Positions 27,301-29,658 of a stretch of DNA of 29,658 nucleotides are shown one piece after another; the stretch's first letter is position 1; the number at the start of each line of letters is the position of its first letter. The DNA is from Elusimicrobiota bacterium (GTDB lineage Bacteria > Elusimicrobiota > Elusimicrobia > UBA1565 > UBA9628), in contig DAHVNA010000028.1 of NCBI GenBank assembly GCA_027319565.1, positions 1 through 29,658 on the forward strand, in the 5' to 3' direction. Made by a program: the position numbers and the translations under genes. A model generated the notes under the pieces. That model saw only the letters and a list, made by a program, of their open reading frames with translations, did not search any database and had not been told where the DNA came from.

Positions 27301-29658
27301 TCGCGCTCTCGGCTGTCGCCTTTGACGACAGGGGATTTTCCGCGCCGTCGTCTCCGGTCAATGGCGTCTTTTCAACGGGGTACCCCAACCCGCCGCAAGC
27401 TTTATCCGCCAACGCCGTTTCGGCCGGACAAGTGGACCTTGCCTGGTCCGCTCCCGTCTCTATCGACCCCGCCGCTTCCTACAGCCTCTACCGCTCAACT
27501 GACTCAGAAGCCCTTGTCGAGGGCTCCTCAGTCGCCGCCAATCCGCTCTTGGCGGACAATCTCTCGAGTTTCACCTATGTGGATTCCCCCGCAGTCGATG
27601 ATCTCTATTACTACGGCGCGGCTTCTGTCGACGGCATCGGACGGGAAAGCGTTCTCTCGAATATCGCCTACGCCCTGACCGACCGCGTCCCGCCGACCGC
27701 CCAAATCCTGTTCTCGACTTCGCAGCCCCTGGGACCCGGAATTTACAATCCCGAACTTCTCGTCTCGGAAACTCTCTCGGCTCCGCCATCGCTCGCCTTT
27801 ACACCGCCCGGCGGACAAACTTTTCCGCTTAATCTTACGCCAATCACCGACACCCTCTGGCAGGCCAGCCTCGCCATTACGACCGCCATGAGCTCCGGAA
27901 CCGCGCTCTTTTCTTTTCAAGGGACCGATCTCGCGGGAAACTCCGGAACGGCCTTGAGTTCCTCGACTCTCATCATCAGAACCGTCGGACCGCTCGGAAC
28001 TGTCATTCTTTCCAAGAATTCACCCGTCGGACCGGGAGTTTTAGGAATCACCCTGTCTTTAGATGAGCCCGCGGCCTCGACCCCCAGCCTCGCCGTCTCG
28101 CTTTCAAGCGGCTCTCTTCCGGTTCCGCTTACGGAAATTTCTCCCTTGAGCGGACAAAATTGGTCCGGCAGCCTGGATATCGCGACGACCACCCCCAACG
28201 GAGCGGCGAACTTCTCTTTTTCCGCCTCGGATAAGTTCGGAAATTTAAGCTCGACTCTCTCGGGCGGAACCACCGCTTTTATCATCGACACGACCGCTCC
28301 CCAGCCGCCCTTAAACCTCGGGGCCTTCCCAAAACCGCAAGGCTATATCCATCTCTCCTGGAGCGCGCCCTTAAGCGGCATTCCCGCCTTCTATTTCGTC
28401 TACAGAGACTCCGTCAAACTCTCGACCCAAGTCTTTCCCGCGCCGGACGGAACCGGAACCTACGACGACCTGCCGCCCCAGGGGACGCATCTCTACCAGG
28501 TCGCGGCCGTAGACCTCGCCGGAAACGAAAGCTCGCTTTCAAACACGGCCTCGGCCCTCTCGCAATATTTCCCGCCGCCGCCTCCCGCCAACGTCCTCAT
28601 CAGCTCAAATTCATCGGGAGAACCCGTTTTAAGCTGGCAGGCCTCTTCCACCGGCACGGCGAGCTTTAACCTCTACCGCTCAACCTCGCCTCTGATCAGC
28701 CTCATCGGGAATCTCATCGCCATAAACGCCGTCTCGCCTTATACCGACTCTCCAAACGAAGACGCCTCCTATTATTACGGCGTCACCGCCCTTGACGCCG
28801 CCGGAAACGAGAGCGCGGCATCGACAGCGGCGGCCTTTCTCTTCGCCCAGGGCGCGCCCAAAATCACGATCCTCGGCGTTTCAGATGGTGGAGTCTACAA
28901 CCACGACGTGTTTCCCGATGACTCGATTTTCGACCTCGCCTTGAACACCGCCTCGGTCAAAGTCCTTCTCAACGGCGCGCCCTTTGTCGCGGGTTCGACG
29001 GTCTCCGCCGAGGGAAATTATACCTTCTCGGTCTCGGCCGCGAATTTGGCCGGACATGTTTCGACCGCCTCGGCTTCTTTCGCCATCGATCTCACGCCGC
29101 CAGCGATCAGCTTCTCGGGGGTCTCGCCCAACGCCTTTATCCGCTCGACCATCCCCATCTCGATTGGAATCGCGGTCTCAGACCTCCACCCCGGAACCTC
29201 CGCCTTTATCCTGAGCGATCAGACATTAAACGCCCAGGAAGCTTATTTCTCGGGCGAGCCGATATCCCGGAACGGGTTTTATGTTCTCTCGGGCACGGCA
29301 ACCGACGCGGCCGGAAATATCTCGACTGCCGCCCTCGCCTTTACCTTCGAGATCGGCCCCGCTTCTCCCTTGAATTTAGCCGCGACAATTGAAAACGGAG
29401 CCGCTTCCTTGACTTGGCAAAGCCCGGAACCGGACGTCGCGGGATACCGCGTCTATAAAAACGGCGCGCGATTAAGTTCCAGCCTCTTTACCGGCACGAT
29501 CTTCGGAGACCCCAACTTCGGTCAAGGCCCAGAAATCTATCAAGTCACCGCCGTCGATCAAAACGGCGTCGAAGGCCCGCCCGCAAAAGTCACCATTCCA
29601 AACCTCGCCTTGACCTATAACAATCCCGTCACGCTCACAAGAGGCTTTTTTGACGAAC
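21354..29658 (+). CDS. Giant secreted surface protein: beta-propeller, Ig-like and fibronectin type III repeats (at least 2768 aa, 3'-truncated)
   Basis: GGAGG RBS at 21338, then ATG. Manual translation MAKRYAARTFWLAVLASAIFASQAAA-APIL... stays open to ...TLTRGFFDE. DxSGNIW propeller repeats, DTxAP Ig starts, LSW...YY.V.A.D.AGNES FN3 repeats. Absent from the ORF track because there is no stop in the window. Confidence 0.93.
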   Translation, partial: MAKRYAARTFWLAVLASAIFASQAAAAPILLSGFPVSQNNPFQGPSTGPAFGYAAAVDSQTLNVWTAGSAFNSASQSQSGAVLVYAAGGRLINALPINLGISGGTCFVGNIDYCVSGSSSVVRALALDSANRQLWAAGTQYDATGQNPVLFVANIDLDAQSVSFLLVNSSTGTKALGAGVASGGDAWIVGSSSGAPELWSADAQAGLEDLGSFASAGLANGVVETNSGGVWAVGESGQTNEMALWNYDPNTGTVEEYLWSNDLGGAFSSGKSIILSPLGSPLIAGIAASSTRQEAVVWSFSGGVFNEAASTGAYNDAAYGLALDAAGNIWASGSSVIDAQGDQNLALWEEPLGQNSLFLAASYNDPAFAQTPYANQGRSPAYIDGEVWIAGTLDDDVFGLWAYALNTGNIAGTLNYAGGFSGHNLDFVPSLTPSFGNVSPIVLAASVNGTTASSYTIAGLAAPATYYLAAVYDIAGSLGQGFVPSSDPLGLYQDNSNGVVTQIMPVFVPAGGQASNINFTLALDTQAPIISAASPIAGSTITPSLFDLYGTATDDTGVMRVSLAVEDVSANSWWNGSSFISTTSVPLYSMQAQISGPINSINWNLDPNSLANIGAALQGGHSYAAVIQAQDVVGKTSVDTIAFVVQSSAVVQGTSVGQALLRDPSGNFWVAANDYFGGQAVNFRLERYNSGGSFISSAALSGAGGNSNFGTAFDSSGNIWVSGGVSSGNISGLGIWKFNSNSVFLASSAYFSSSGGSMFTGKLSMDGSGNAWVPAAEAASSGGYRADLFKFAPNAVLDAGFPVSYQRGGGLDGGIAAAVDGSGNIWSAGVSSNPATGKLDMALWKYSPSGALASGFPVFWTDAYPSINQFHLALTVNLAQNQLWIATQKSFPNCSAPDFALLSYDLSGAQTSQNLWHASLDLGSEGEALSLDSYGDLWVVGESSPTSALWGYDPSGNLFSGYPLNFSGGQNFSQNSVAIDGAGDPWILFGDIPNLFQPGTPIPGSSGPSLCSLTGVGQISGVITNPSGFILGSTVSVIASTNPFFGNSSQIFTLTASSAATLSYDLTLQAPATYFIAAANGVIPNGPLPSTTPVGVYNHFSPIPLSASIGVPNIDFSLSPDTIAPTSGVNSFIGGSTLTALASIAGTASDDVGVGGISLAAEDISQNLWWNAQNQQWISTTTPLFQGFPALSGTPYQASWTQYVASSSQPYNNFGDLAGFLATGHEYRIFSEAQDVSGLIQSTSSVLAGSSAFFWQGPNGAVPPGAPQNIQGFSLGVSSIGWNWQNSGFSSGYDVYQGTGVLLAQVSQNSFNEVGLSTNAAQEICVIAFNQYGQSPESCGPAVFSAASTPANPGFVAVTSTTINLSWNPNGNPSSSTTYQAELSTDDFTGGYFFFSPVSTQTQAAFSFLSPNTPYYARAEAFNGNGNPSPFSSVISTQTAPAPPPPPANILGAALGISSIAWTWNAATGAILYDIYSSSGGFLASVSTTSFVQVGLSTGEASFICVAGVNAIGTGPKACSPSAYALAAPTGPPFFPAVSSASFSLSWNTEGDPFGTVYQINLSTDDFVQNVSTPVPFSSNLIQNTTALFGLDPDTTYYLRVEAQNGAGVSTAFSPVSQIRTLSPPPSAPVNLSAVPNGPQHLVSLSWQPGAGGVLAAAFDIFRAAYPSSGTFTLIASTNSTSYDDSLFYSDTFYYQVAGVNSDGVIGPVSQTASVLLDVLGPNAVTDLRVYSVNLASSQITLAWTSPSDDVTNVSAYFLKESSLPINSSNFDALLNLAAGMIPEAPGSTQTLTVPVSSASADYFLLKSSDAAGNISGPSNLLLYDPVPPTVAISTPAPGSVIGRPFTVLADASDPISGISDVIFSVNGVILATATFAPYEFFWNTPDFADGNYVLSAKAEDNAQNTAVSSLTVTLSYIPPAAPVILFPAQGFITDVSTINTYGTAEPGTTVQVMVNNLDLSTASVDAQGFWSLNAALPFEGDIALSAVAFDDRGFSAPSSPVNGVFSTGYPNPPQALSANAVSAGQVDLAWSAPVSIDPAASYSLYRSTDSEALVEGSSVAANPLLADNLSSFTYVDSPAVDDLYYYGAASVDGIGRESVLSNIAYALTDRVPPTAQILFSTSQPLGPGIYNPELLVSETLSAPPSLAFTPPGGQTFPLNLTPITDTLWQASLAITTAMSSGTALFSFQGTDLAGNSGTALSSSTLIIRTVGPLGTVILSKNSPVGPGVLGITLSLDEPAASTPSLAVSLSSGSLPVPLTEISPLSGQNWSGSLDIATTTPNGAANFSFSASDKFGNLSSTLSGGTTAFIIDTTAPQPPLNLGAFPKPQGYIHLSWSAPLSGIPAFYFVYRDSVKLSTQVFPAPDGTGTYDDLPPQGTHLYQVAAVDLAGNESSLSNTASALSQYFPPPPPANVLISSNSSGEPVLSWQASSTGTASFNLYRSTSPLISLIGNLIAINAVSPYTDSPNEDASYYYGVTALDAAGNESAASTAAAFLFAQGAPKITILGVSDGGVYNHDVFPDDSIFDLALNTASVKVLLNGAPFVAGSTVSAEGNYTFSVSAANLAGHVSTASASFAIDLTPPAISFSGVSPNAFIRSTIPISIGIAVSDLHPGTSAFILSDQTLNAQEAYFSGEPISRNGFYVLSGTATDAAGNISTAALAFTFEIGPASPLNLAATIENGAASLTWQSPEPDVAGYRVYKNGARLSSSLFTGTIFGDPNFGQGPEIYQVTAVDQNGVEGPPAKVTIPNLALTYNNPVTLTRGFFDE

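Larger units (their letters stand above)
18445..29658. mobile_element. Putative tRNA-Thr-anchored genomic island (left end only; no integrase in window)
   Basis: Split tRNA, arm-site-like tandem repeat, structured palindrome, mobile-element-type small gene. The right boundary is not seen. Confidence 0.4.

Noticed and set aside
21288..29214. Many short ORF-track entries in the right third of the window
   Set aside because: They are off-frame or antisense shadows of the single giant ORF starting at 21354.
1..29658. CRISPR array, rRNA, transposase or integrase genes, stop-codon recoding
   Set aside because: No spaced repeats or such ORFs were seen; genes read through cleanly in the standard bacterial code.

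Overview
Bacterial window with three parts. The gene content is loosely suggestive of Elusimicrobiota, but that is inference only. (1) 1-6.2 kb: a PilI/XapB-like ABC permease and TPR partner, a secreted WD40-SH3-caspase(C14) protein, alanine dehydrogenase and a hybrid REC-histidine kinase. (2) 6.3-17.7 kb: a redox island bracketed by two Crp/Fnr regulators. Two convergent DUF2249-led units (DUF542-DUF2249 plus membrane protein; DUF2249x2, DUF59, DUF488, hemerythrin) share a near-identical promoter with a TGCG-N4-CGCA-type box at -41.5. A leftward operon behind an ATGAC-N4-GTCAT box encodes a Cyc2-like cytochrome-porin, a secreted monoheme cytochrome c and three different radical SAM enzymes. 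(3) 18.1 kb-end: cspA, then a tRNA-Thr(CGT) 5' half cut in the anticodon loop and followed 160 bp later by a different, intact tRNA-Thr(CGT), probably an island junction. Next come a large DnaA-box-containing cloverleaf, an orphan ECF sigma, a mobile-element-type small gene and an OmpR-family regulator. The window ends in a giant (at least 2768 aa, runs off the window) secreted beta-propeller/Ig/FN3 protein that the ORF track misses. All family calls are by-eye motif recognition; no searches were run.
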